Below are positions 50,090 through 61,235 of a stretch of 64,000 nt of DNA, one piece after another. Both the position numbers and the translations under genes were made by a program. The stretch's first letter is position 1, and every line of letters starts with the position of its first letter. The stretch is from Azolla caroliniana. Taxonomy: Eukaryota > Plantae > Polypodiophyta. The notes below the pieces were generated by a model, which worked only from the letters and a program-made list of their open reading frames with translations, did not search any database and was not told where the DNA came from. The stretch is taken from the NCBI GenBank assembly GCA_043228905.1, contig JBHGNT010000002.1:248001-312000 (forward strand), given 5' to 3'.

Positions 50090-52296
50090 TCAGCCTTCAA
50101 TTTCATCTGCATGCATGTCAGCAGCTGCATACATATTTGTCATGCAGACATACGCCGAAGTGCAATTTTCATCCAACATTACTGACTGCTCAAAGGCCCA
50201 TCTTCCAAGTTTCATGTTCACCCATTTGTGACAAGCACCTAATATGGTCAAAAATAATGGAAGATTGTCAGAAGTCGAAGTCTTTTCAAGAAAATAGTTA
50301 ACCTTGGCAAAATGTCCCGCACGGACAAACAGATCAGTCACACAAGTGTAATGTTCTAATGTTGGAGTGAGACCATAAACAACACACATATCATCAAAAA
50401 CTTGTGCTCCCTCTTTCAATAAACCTGCATGATTACATACACTTAGCAAAACAAGGAATGTAACTGAATCTGGCACAATCCCTTCTGACAACATTTTCAC
50501 AAGAAGCCTCAAAACCAAAGTCAGCTCACCTAACTGAGCAAATCCTGCCATCACTGCAGTCCACGATACAACATTCCGCCCAGGAAGCAGTTGAAATACT
50601 TCTTGTGCTCGTTCAAGAGCACCACACTTAGCGTACATGTCTACCAACACGTTTCCAAGCACAATGTCTTTTTGCAATAATCCTTGTTTTCTAACCTCAG
50701 CATCTATATCTTCACCAATCTTAAGAGCACCTACAATGCCACAAACTTTCAAAATGCAAGAATATGTGACTGCATCGGGGGAGACTTTGTCCTCCAGCAT
50801 ACATTTGTAGTATTCCAAGGCATCATCACCAAGTCCATGCTCTGCATACCCTGTCATCAATGCATTCCAAGACACAACATTTCTGACTGGAAGCTGTTCA
50901 AAGACCTCTTGTGCTTTTTCAAGAGCACCACATTTGCTATACATGTCTACCAATGTGTTTCCCAGCATAATATCATTTTCCAACAACCCATGCTTTCTGA
51001 CCTCAGCATCTATGTATTCTCCAATCTGAAGAGATCTTGTCATGCTACAAGCTTTCAAAATGCAAAGATAAGTTATTGCATCTGGGGGCATCGGCATCTT
51101 CTTGAAGCATCTCAGAACTTCATCAACAAACCCATGTTGTGCATATCCAACCATCAGTATGTTCCAAGAAACAACATTCGGACATGGAAGCCGGTCAAAT
51201 ACTTCCTTTGCTTTTTTGAGTGCACCACACTTGACATACATGTCTACCAATGCATTGCCAAGTGTTATGTCTTTTCTCAGCAGCCCTTCTCTCTTGATCT
51301 CAGCATCTATATCTTCACCAATCTCAATAGATCCGACAATGCCACAAGCTTTCAGAACACAAATATAAGTTATTGCATTTGGGGAGATTCCCTCATCCTG
51401 CATCTGCCTAAAGCATTTCAAGGTCTCATCACCAAGTCCACTTCGTGCATAACCCGTCATCAATGTGGTCCAAGAGATGACATCTCGCACTGGAAGCTGT
51501 TCAAAGACGTCTCTTGCTTTTTGGAGTGCTCCACATTTTGCATACATGTCTACCAATGCATTGCCGAGCACCGTGTCCTTTTCAAGTAAACCTTGCATTC
51601 TGACCTCAGTGTCTATGTCTTCTCCAATGTCAAGAGCACCTACAAGGCCACAAGCTTTCAGAATGCAAGAATAAGTGAATGCATCCGGGGACACTCCTTC
51701 ATCTTGCATCTGGCCGAAGCATTCAAGGGCCTCATGCCCAAGCCCATGTTGGGCATAACCTGATATTAATGCATTCCACGGCACGGCATTTCGAGCCGTG
51801 AGCTGCTCGAATACTTGCCGTGCTTTGTTGAGCGCACCACATTTGGCATAGCAACTGAGCAATGCAGTGGCAATGTAGGTGTCCTTTGGAATCAAATTTT
51901 TCTTGAGAACTTCGGCATGGATTTGTGTTGCCATGCCTATATCCTTGTGTTTCCCACACGCTTTTATCTTATGTAAAAGACCAACACGATCTTCTTGAAG
52001 CCACAGCAGCGTATTGGGCAGTTCGAGACTATTTAGCTGCTTGAGCTGTAGCCAAGGAGGATTACGGCACCCATGGATCCACAATCCTTTCCTTGTCTGT
52101 TTGTGCCGAAAATCAGGACAGCTTGGGTTTCGCTGCAAATGAGAAATCAGTTACATCCTAAAAGAAACCGTTAGAAACACTAATAATATGTGACGCTAGA
52201 TAATCCTCCTTACAATACCTTGTTATCTCGATTGTCCCAAAATTGAGAAGGGTCTCTGAAGAATTCCTTCCACAGAAAGTCCGTTTCTACAGCCAT
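50090..52296 (-). CDS. PLS-class PPR protein (17 motifs + E1 + partial E2, no DYW) with an N-terminal OSB-type PDF motif; exons 52296-52219 and 52132-50090, 706 aa
   Basis: Exon 1 MAVETDFLWKEFFRDPSQFWDNRDNK; 86-bp phase-0 GT-AG intron; exon 2 RNPSCPDFRHKQTRKGLWIHGCRNPPWL then regular L-S-P motifs (MYAKCG, VVSWNALM, DAVTYSCILKxC) and LGAC…GRWAFE…AYVCM. Confidence 0.88.
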
Positions 52297-53569
52297 TCAT
52301 ACATACGCCTTCACTTACTCCGCCTATTGGAGCTCTCTATTTGTGACCATGGATTTTAGGACGTCACGCCTTCTGATTGCTAGGATTCCAGAGAGAAACA
52401 GGCCATAATTGGCCTGCGAGACATATCATGATTATGGGTAACATTCATATTATCCAGAAACAAAACGAAAAGCTCTAGGTTTTCAAAAGGTACATAATCA
52501 TGATTTTAATGGATGTGCTGGATTGAGTTTCAAGATATTTTACAAATTACAAGCATGAAGTATGTAGCTTATATACATGGCCATTGCATTGCTCGTAGTG
52601 CTTCCATCTTTGGCTAATTGGGTAAAGTGTGAGTTGGCTTCATGCTTTGCAAGCACCAAGATTCACGGAGACATCCATGTACCTATGTGATTTTCTATCC
52701 TATGAGAAGTTCATAAAATGATATTTGTAGTAGGCCATCTTTGTGGGAAGAGTTTCCCTTGGTGTACTTCAAGTCTTTTGGGGAGGTATGGTACCGAAAG
52801 GATGACAAATCCTCGGCATGGAGGCCATTGTTATTGAACCACCTCAACACTTATGAGTCCCATGATCTTTTTCTTTAATATATTGTCACCCTTTCCTTCA
52901 ATGCTTCAAACATCTTCCTTATAATGCTCTGCGATAGCATGTTTAAAATCCAATTGATGAGGTTCATTGCCTACAAAGGGTGAGATTGATTTAGCTCTAT
53001 TGATCTCTACCTTTTTCCATTGTGGTGGCAACATTAAGTGCTATTAGTCATAACTCTTCTTTATATCGATGAATCTTAAGAGTTTGTTGTGAGTGGATTG
53101 AATTGTTTAGATTTGCAACAAGAAAGAATACATTGATAAAGTTGGTGTCGCTCCTCACATTGATGAGTTCAATTAAGAGGGTTCTATAAGCATGGCAAAA
53201 ATTTGGAACTAAAGGATTGGATTCGCAACACAAAAATAAAATCACTAAGATACAAGTTAGGTGGAAATGATGTATCAAAGGACAATTTAGTAGCATTGCA
53301 TACTTTATCATTACATTAATGATGCCATTAAATTTATGAATTTACAAAATTTAACTATTTGCCATATTATGGCTTTAACATGATACTACTAATATTCGTG
53401 CAAACTCTCCAAATCAATGTTAAGTACTCTCTAACAGCATTGAATTTGTTTGTATGTTGGGTTTCTTACTATTTCGTATATATGCATGTATGTTTTGAGG
53501 ATACCTCTTTTATCAACCCAATTCCTACCATGGTTGATTTCCACTCCAAGAGTCAACTTGACGAGGTCA

Positions 53570-53680
53570 AGCTGATATTGATATGATGCAGATATGTGCT
53601 TGGTCCTACATTGTAGAACCAGATTATGTGTCATGGCAATTGTGTAAGTCCCATGACAATGGGACTGAAACAAGCACAAG
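53570..53680 (-). mobile_element. Short copia RNase H remnant
   Basis: IAMTHNLVLQCRTKHISASYQY (cf. IxLAxNPVFHxRTKHIDxRYHF). Confidence 0.6.
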
Positions 53681-54758
53681 ATGTTTGTTAAAGAATACTC
53701 TCAACAAATCACTTGTGCAAGACAAATAAGAAACAACTGTCAACAACCACATGTACTCATTCTATCCTTCAGGTTAACAGTTCACTCAATCAATCATTGC
53801 CATAAAATAAGCCAAGGCGCATATTAGACTTCTATGCAGCAAATCAACCAGCATGGCTTCCAATGTGACTCTGTAGATTGTATGTAAGGCATTGAGACAC
53901 ATAGAAAAGGCCTAACCGCACATACCAAAGCAACTATCAATGGCATGTTTATACAGAGTAAGAGTTACATTCTCCTCAGCATTACACAACTCAAGTTGGT
54001 TCAATGCTCATAAGCAGGTTACTACCATGCACAGTCTAGTCATTCAACAACTTTTCTCCATTTACTCTGACACATAAACATCCCTTGGTGCAATATAAAT
54101 ATTAAATATCCAAAAGCACCACAAACTATACAGTGGAATTGGTCCTCTAAAGTACTCTGGTCGTCCTTCCTGCAAGTTGCAAACGCCTCAATTCGTAGAG
54201 CAACCAACGATGCATCTCCTTTTGGTGAACAACTTTCTTGATTTCTGCTTTCAACCTCTCTTGAACTCTGAGCTTCCTACCTTATATAATATAGATGCCA
54301 ATCGTTGACATCTTTATCGGATATTTGCATCATCCCACAAAAAATAGCTGCTTCCTTGCCTTTTGCTGTTTTAAAAATGGCAAAGCTGCAATGCACAAAT
54401 TCCTACCAAGGTCAAATCCATATTAGTAGTTTATGATTACAAGTTATATCCTACTGTCTGATCATACTACAAGAAAATCACATCCTTTGTATCAGATGAA
54501 AATGGTGCCTAACCTTCCTATGCATAACTCAAAGCATAGTCCTGCATGAGGTCAAATCTATATATCAGAGTATGGTTTACATATCCTGTATCGGCGGCAT
54601 AGCTTCCTTTCTTAGACTTTCACATCAAGCGAAACAAATGAAATTAATAATACATCATTAAAGCAACCAGGAACTATTTATACATTAGGCCGCTTCTAAG
54701 ATCATGGAAAGCATAATCATTTATGATTCAAATCTTCTTCACTGCTCTACCTTAATCT

Positions 54759-56669
54759 TCAGAGTCTACGAGCTGCCAGCTCAAAAGAAAACCTCCCAAG
54801 ATTTACCTTACCCCATTTTTGGCATGAACCCAATAAAGCACAGCAAACTGGATAGTGCAGAAATGGTATATTCTTAATTTGTGACAGAGCCTTGTCAAAA
54901 AGGCCAGCACAAGCAAAAAGATAAACCATGCACATCATATGCTCTATATAAGGTGTAATGCCATATACAATTGTCATTTTTGCAAATTGTTCCTGACCCT
55001 CATCCAGAAAACCTGAGTAGCTACATGCCCTCAGCACACAAAGATAAGTCACCGCATCTGGAGAGAGGCCCTCAGCTTGCATCCACTCAAAGCAATCCAG
55101 GGCTTCCCGTCCCTGGCCTTGCTGGACATATCCTGTCATGAGTACATTCCAAGAGATTGCATCTCGAACAAGAAGCTCCTCGAACATTTCATGTGCTTTT
55201 CCAAGCTCCCCGCATTTGGCATACATATTAAGCAGTGCATTGCCGAGTGCAATATGTTTTTCCAACCATCCCTTACTAATAATGTCGTTGTGAAGCTGCT
55301 TCCCTTTATAAATAGCTCCGACGCTGCCACATGCCTTTAGGATGCAAATGAAGGTAATCACATTCGGTGAAATTTGATCAGTATGCATCTTTTCAAAACA
55401 GGTCAGTGCAGCTTCCCCCTGCTCATGCTGAGTATACGCTGAAATTAGTGTATTCCAGGAAACCACATCCCGAACAGGAAGCTCATTCAGCACTTGCTCA
55501 GCTTTTGCCAGTGCATTACATTTTGCATACATGCCCATCAAGACATTACCAAGCTCAATAGGCTTTTCCTGCAGTCCCATGCAAACAAGACCAATATGAA
55601 TCTGTTGGCCCTTATCAAGTGCTCCTTCACTGCCACAAGCCTTCAAGATACTAATAAGCGTGATTGAATCTGGTGAGAAACCATCAAACTGCATCTGTTT
55701 GAAACAATCCAGCGCCTCATCTATTAGCCCCTGCTGGGCATAGCCAGCAATCAAGGCATTCCAAGACACTACATTTCGAGTAATGAGCTCATTGAAGACT
55801 TCTTGTGCTTTTAACATTGAACCACATTTAGCATACATATCTATCAAAGCCGTGCCGAGAATAGTGTCTTTTCTCAGCAAACCCTTTCTAACAACCTCTT
55901 CATGAATGCCTTTACCCAAATCAAATGATCGTACACTGCCACATGCCTTGAGGACAGAAGTAAACGTGATCGCGTCAGGAGACAGGCCCTCACTTCGCAT
56001 TCTTTCATAACAATAAAGAGCTTCTTGATCATTACCCTGCTGGATACATCCTGCAATGAGGGCTGACCATGGAACCACGTCCCTGACAGAAAGCTCATCA
56101 AGAGCTGCTTGAGCTCTTTCAAGCTCGCCACATTTGGCATACATGTCCACCATAGCAGTCCACAAAAGGGTATCATCTTTGGCTACCAATCCCTTCCTCA
56201 CAATCTGATCATGGATTTGAATGCCCATATCTAGAGCTCCTATGTTGGCACATGCTTTGAGGATGCAAGTGAAGGTGATGGCATCAGGAGAGAGTCCGTC
56301 ATCTCTTTGCATGCATTCAAAGCAATGAAATGCATCGTGGCTCTGCCCGTGTTGGGCATATCCCGCAATCAGTGCATTCCACGAGACAACATCCCTAAAA
56401 GAAAGTTCATCCAGCACTTGCTGCGCTTTCTGCAAAGCACCACATTTAGCATACATGTTCACAACTGCACTCCCTACATGCTTGGGACTCATTTGAAGCA
56501 ACCCCTGTTTCAGAATGTCAGAATGTATACATATTCCTTTGTTGAGGTCTTTCTTCTTGGCGCAGACCTTGAGGATGGCCAGTACAGAAGCAATGGCATC
56601 CTTTTTCCTTCCCAGAACAAAAGCTCTGCCACTATTCCAAGACTTCCAAAGACTTCGCGAGATCACCAT
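54759..56669 (-). CDS. PLS-class PPR protein (17 motifs + truncated E1, no DYW), about 636 aa from the first ATG
   Basis: Intact ORF with L-S-P triplets, P2-L2-S2 and ALLGSCQKWG; N-terminus MVISRSLWKSWNSGRAF is Ser/Arg-rich, possibly a targeting peptide; true start uncertain. Confidence 0.9.
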   Translation of the reverse strand: MVISRSLWKSWNSGRAFVLGRKKDAIASVLAILKVCAKKKDLNKGICIHSDILKQGLLQMSPKHVGSAVVNMYAKCGALQKAQQVLDELSFRDVVSWNALIAGYAQHGQSHDAFHCFECMQRDDGLSPDAITFTCILKACANIGALDMGIQIHDQIVRKGLVAKDDTLLWTAMVDMYAKCGELERAQAALDELSVRDVVPWSALIAGCIQQGNDQEALYCYERMRSEGLSPDAITFTSVLKACGSVRSFDLGKGIHEEVVRKGLLRKDTILGTALIDMYAKCGSMLKAQEVFNELITRNVVSWNALIAGYAQQGLIDEALDCFKQMQFDGFSPDSITLISILKACGSEGALDKGQQIHIGLVCMGLQEKPIELGNVLMGMYAKCNALAKAEQVLNELPVRDVVSWNTLISAYTQHEQGEAALTCFEKMHTDQISPNVITFICILKACGSVGAIYKGKQLHNDIISKGWLEKHIALGNALLNMYAKCGELGKAHEMFEELLVRDAISWNVLMTGYVQQGQGREALDCFEWMQAEGLSPDAVTYLCVLRACSYSGFLDEGQEQFAKMTIVYGITPYIEHMMCMVYLFACAGLFDKALSQIKNIPFLHYPVCCALLGSCQKWGKVNLGRFSFELAARRL

Positions 56670-57061
56670 GTTCTCCACAAAGCATTTAATTTTGAGTGTT
56701 ACACGTAAAAATAAATCATAATTCGTGCTGCATTTATTTATATTTTGGCCTACATTAATCAATACAAGACAATTCCTATCCTGCTTCTACGCTCACACGT
56801 TTGCAGAACAAACAACAACACCCTCCCCCTCCTCCTCCTCTATGTAACCACCATCCCATGCTATGCCATGGTTATAGATCCACCATTAATCACTATGAGG
56901 AGATTCATATCCCGCTTCTGCTCTCACACGTTCACGGAACAAACACCAACACCCTCCTCTTCCTCCTCCTCTGAGTTGCCACCATGCCATGCCATTCTGA
57001 TACACCCACAACATCCCTTCCCTTCAAAAATATTACACAACCAGCAAAAGCACTCAACACA

Positions 57062-57369
57062 ATCTTCTTGAGGCTGCAGCAGCGTATTGGGCGTTTTGAC
57101 ACAATTTAGCTGCTTGAACTGTAGCCAAGTAGGATTAACACACCCATGGATCCACATCCGTTCCTTGTCTGTTTGTGCCGAAAATCAGGACAATTTGGGT
57201 CTCTCTGCATATGAGAAATCAGTTACAGTCCAAAAAGAAACTGTTAGAAACACTAATAATATGTGACTCTAGATCATCCTCCTTAAATTACCTTGTTATC
57301 TCGATTGTCCCAAAATTGAGAAGGGTCTCTGAAGAATTCCTTCCACAGAAAGTTCGTTTCCAAGGCCAT
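57062..57369 (-). pseudogene. Second copy of the two-exon PDF-motif cassette, frameshifted; part of a ~550-bp duplication (57062-57625 vs 51989-52530)
   Basis: Exon 57369-57292 MALETNFLWKEFFRDPSQFWDNRDNK; intron 57291-57205; RDPNCPDFRHKQTRNG then a 1-bp deletion at 57156/57157 leading to TAA at 57108-57106. Confidence 0.88.
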
Positions 57370-57461
57370 TCATACACCTTCACTCATTCCACCTATATAT
57401 AGGAAGCCCTCTATTTGTGACCATGGATTTTAAGACGTCATGCCTTCTGATTGCCAGGATT

Positions 57462-57496
<35 letters not shown>

Positions 57497-58341
57497 CCAT
57501 AATCGTCCTGCAAGACATATCATGATTATGGGTAAACATTTATATTATCCATAAACAAAAAGAAAATCTCTAGGTTTTCAAAAGGTCCATAATTATGATT
57601 TTAATGCATGTGCTGGGTTGAGTTTGGAGACATAGCATATATACATGGGAAGTGAATTGCTCATCATGCTTCCATGTTTGGACATGAATGAGACTCCGAG
57701 TTAACAGACTTTCTTGACAGCAAGGATTGTTGTAGTGAACATTCACAAAGTTTATTCTCAGGAATGAATAATTAATTTGGCAAAGACACAGGAATCCAAC
57801 AGTTTTCCAGGAAATATGTATCACGTTCAACAACTTCCAGCTAAAGACAGAAGATAAAAGATAAGATTTCTCTAACGAAATGGTGTACTCCGTACAGAAA
57901 GGGCTTAGCTTTTTCTGACAAAACACTCTATGAAGATTGCAATGGTTCAGGCAAAACGTGTATATAATTTATGGTTCTCATGCAGAAAAATAGCATAATA
58001 TAGCCAGAAATATGAGTTTTTTTCTTCTGGGAAATGTGTAGTAAGACCATAGATGGTAGGGTTTCCCCGGAAATAATGTCGTGTAATTTTATCACCACAA
58101 ACATTCGGATTTCTTGACAAAATGCAGTATGAAGATCACAAAAGTTAGGGTTTCTCTGCATAAATGGCGTACTTTGAAGAGCCATGCGAAACCTGAGCCA
58201 GGAAGAGGAGGGACAGGAATCGCAGAACAAGAAGGAGAACAAGAAATCAGAAGAAAAATAAACAAGGAAAAGAAGAAAGAAACAGAAGTGGGAACGAAGA
58301 GAAGAGCGGATAAGGAAAGAAAAAAAGCAGAAGAGCCTTAT

Positions 58342-58441
58342 AGTAGGGAATGTGTTGTTTGTGAAGGTAAGACTTTCCGAGAACGCCATCGCCAACTGTG
58401 AGACACTTGATGAATCGAGAGTTACTTACTACTCTACTCAT
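58342..58441 (-). pseudogene. Orphan exon 1 of a ROP/RAC small GTPase
   Basis: SRFIKCLTVGDGVLGK…TFTNNTFPT (cf. SRFIKCVTVGDGAVGKTCxLISYTSNTFPT); ~11-nt frameshifting deletion; followed by ATAAGG where a GT donor is expected; no further ROP exons seen. Confidence 0.85.
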
Positions 58442-58510
58442 TGATCTCTATGTGTAGCTTCACGCCATAGCCATTCATACATATACATATATGTGTATCT
58501 TCCTTCATCT

Positions 58511-58546
<36 letters not shown>

Positions 58547-58795
58547 GTTCTCACAGAAAAGAGTAGCCCTAGACGTACGTACCTATGGGGATGGTTGGAG
58601 CGGAGCGTTGCTCTGCTATTGGGCCTCGCTCTGCTCTGTTCTGCTGCTGTTCTTCGACCGGGGTGTTTTTTGTACATATCCATCCAACACTCTTGCAATT
58701 AACCTCTATGGATCAACCATGGATATATGTGATGCAGTATTTTATAGAGCATGAAGCATTGGTACCTCAGAAAACTAAGATTCATGCATTGCGGT

Positions 58796-58910
58796 GGTCA
58801 TTGCTCAATGGATGTATTCCTCTAAATATTGAACATTGTGTATGTGCTCAACGGTCATTGCTCAATGGATGTATTCCTCTAAATATTGAACATTGTGTAT
58901 GTGCTCAACG
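58796..58910. repeat. Perfect 57-bp tandem duplication
   Basis: GGTCATTGCTCAATGG…GTGCTCAAC at 58796 and 58853. Confidence 0.95.
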
Positions 58911-60855
58911 ATTGGTAAGATCATAGCGACATCGTTTTTTTTGAGTGGGCACCATCTAAGCATTTGAGAGTTTTGTAACTCATTACAAATTGAACTATGC
59001 ATTTCTTCTTGGTTATTGTTCTAGCATGAAAAGGAGAAGTTGAGATCACGAATCAATTGTTTATTTCAATCGAGGGTTGTAGCAATGGGGGATGCGGTTT
59101 GACTATGAATCTCAAAGGTTGTTAGAATTTAAAGATGTTCGATCATGGTTGTTTATTCATCCACTTTATGGATTTATTTGGGAGAAATTACAAGATATAG
59201 CATTGTTGCATGTATATTTGCCAACGAAAACAATTGGTGTGGTTTCAATGGGTGGATTATCAGTTAAAGGCATAGATTGACATGTTCACATTCGTGGGGA
59301 AGGCCCCATGAATGCATAAGAATGCTTCTAAAAGTATTCATTTTTTTGTTTTTTTAAATAATTATTTTTTCTCATTGCATCCTCGCCTTCACCTCCATCC
59401 TACATTACTCTTACATCCTCGCCTCCCATGTATCATGTTCTTGGTCTGAAAATAAGGGTTTCGACTAAGAACTCTAAATTTAGTCAAAACCCTAAATTTG
59501 ACTATATTTTCTCTTTCTCAACTTGCATCCTCGCCTCCTTTTGCATCTCTGCACGACGGATGTAATGATATTCTCGTCCTACAAACTTAGGATTTCGCAA
59601 AAACCCTAATTTCGATTGAAACCCTAATGATTTACTTCCTCCTAATTTGTTGAGGATACTTCATGGAATAGTATAGAATAAGGGATATCATTTTAATATA
59701 TTAATTAATTAATTAATATTATATTAAATAAATATTTGTGAATTGAATCATTTTTATTATGTAAATTTATTTTGAAAAACGAATGGTTTTACAATATTCT
59801 TGGGGCCATTTCGTATTCGTGAATATCACGCATGGCGAATACCACAAATATCATGTATGTGTCGATCTATGGTTAAAAGATGATACATGCTTGCTAGAGG
59901 TCACTACAAATATCTTTGTATCAATCATGCAATGACATCATTTTCTCGGGTATCACCTAAAGTAGAAAATATGTGGAATGCATGTAAGTTGAATGCAAGG
60001 TGGCGGCATATATATTGCAACGTGGTTGTCATTCCCGTTTGCCAGTTTGTGCAAACGTATTCATATGGAGAGTCATGATAGTGAACTCCCAATAGGTTTG
60101 GCCTTTGGGAGACGAGGACTAGGGTCAAGCTCATGCTTCTTTTGCAACATTCTATTGGAAGGACAATATGCACGGGTTCATTAAATGCCCTACTATGTAC
60201 TTATTAGAGATTTGGCAAGTTTAACTCATTGTTTGAGGCCTCAACAACGGGTTCTTGCTCCATATGTTCAAAATAGCCCAAATGAGGAGCTAGAAAGATT
60301 GCTCCAAATTTTATGATATTGGTGACTACAACACAAATGGAATGCGTGTAATGCTTTCATGTTCAATTGTAGACATGGTGTGAAAGCCTACACAAAGAAG
60401 TTGAAAGACATTCTCATGTGGAAAATTTGGATGTTATAGCATGTGGGGATCATTTGCTCTAAGTGCATATTTAGGTTTTCTAATGCCTTTACAAGGATAT
60501 CCCTCTCCTTACATATAGGTAGGTCGGTAGGTAGAGAAGGCTAAGAAGTTATAACACGTGGGCTTTACATGCAAGTAATGTAGTTGTTTAGAGAGAGAGA
60601 GATATTTATTGGAGCAAGTAGAATTGTTTTCCGTGGTGGAATGGTCGATTTGCTTATTGGCAATTCAACATGTTCCACTGCTCATGTAGTTTGTGGGTGA
60701 CCATAATCCATTATGACACCCATTGTAAGAAGTGTTTTTCAAAAACTTTTATTAATATAATTGTGTGTTTTCACCAAGAAAGAGTGAAGGATGGAGGGAG
60801 AGAGGGAGATGCTTATGCTTAGAAGGATATAGCTTTGACAGATATATACTTAGTT

Positions 60856-61235
60856 GGATGTAGCTTGATTGGTAAGGTTGTTCAATAATCAATTGAAGAC
60901 CAAAAGGTCATGGGTTCGACCCTTTTACCTTCGATGGAAAGTAAATTAAGAGATTTAGCAAGGAATAATGGAGAAAGATGCTTAGATAGATGTAACTCCA
61001 GACTTGGTAAATAAATTAAGAGATTTAGCATGGAATAATGGAGAAAGATGTTTAGATGGATGTAACTCCAGACTTGGTAAGTTTCATTCCAAAGTGGAGA
61101 TGAGAACATTAGGTCTTGAACCTAAGACCTTGGGCTAGGGCTAGTAACAAAGTAAGAGGATATGTATGGAATAATGGAGAGCTGATAAAATTAGGTTTCG
61201 AACCGAAGACCTACTAAGACCTACTATTGGTAAGC
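60856..61235. other. Cluster of tRNA-like A/B boxes plus a 70-bp tandem duplication (60942-61080)
   Basis: + strand TAGCTTGATTGG (60861) and GGTTCGACCC (60913); - strand GGTTCAAGACC (61122-61112) and GGTTCGAAACC (61204-61194). Confidence 0.5.

Noticed and set aside
50684-51589. 301-aa plus-strand ORF
   Set aside because: Antisense shadow of the repetitive PPR coding sequence.
54100-54750. Spliced DYW deaminase exon for the second PPR gene
   Set aside because: The stop precedes the candidate donor and no HxE…CxxC or DYW-like motif is visible downstream.
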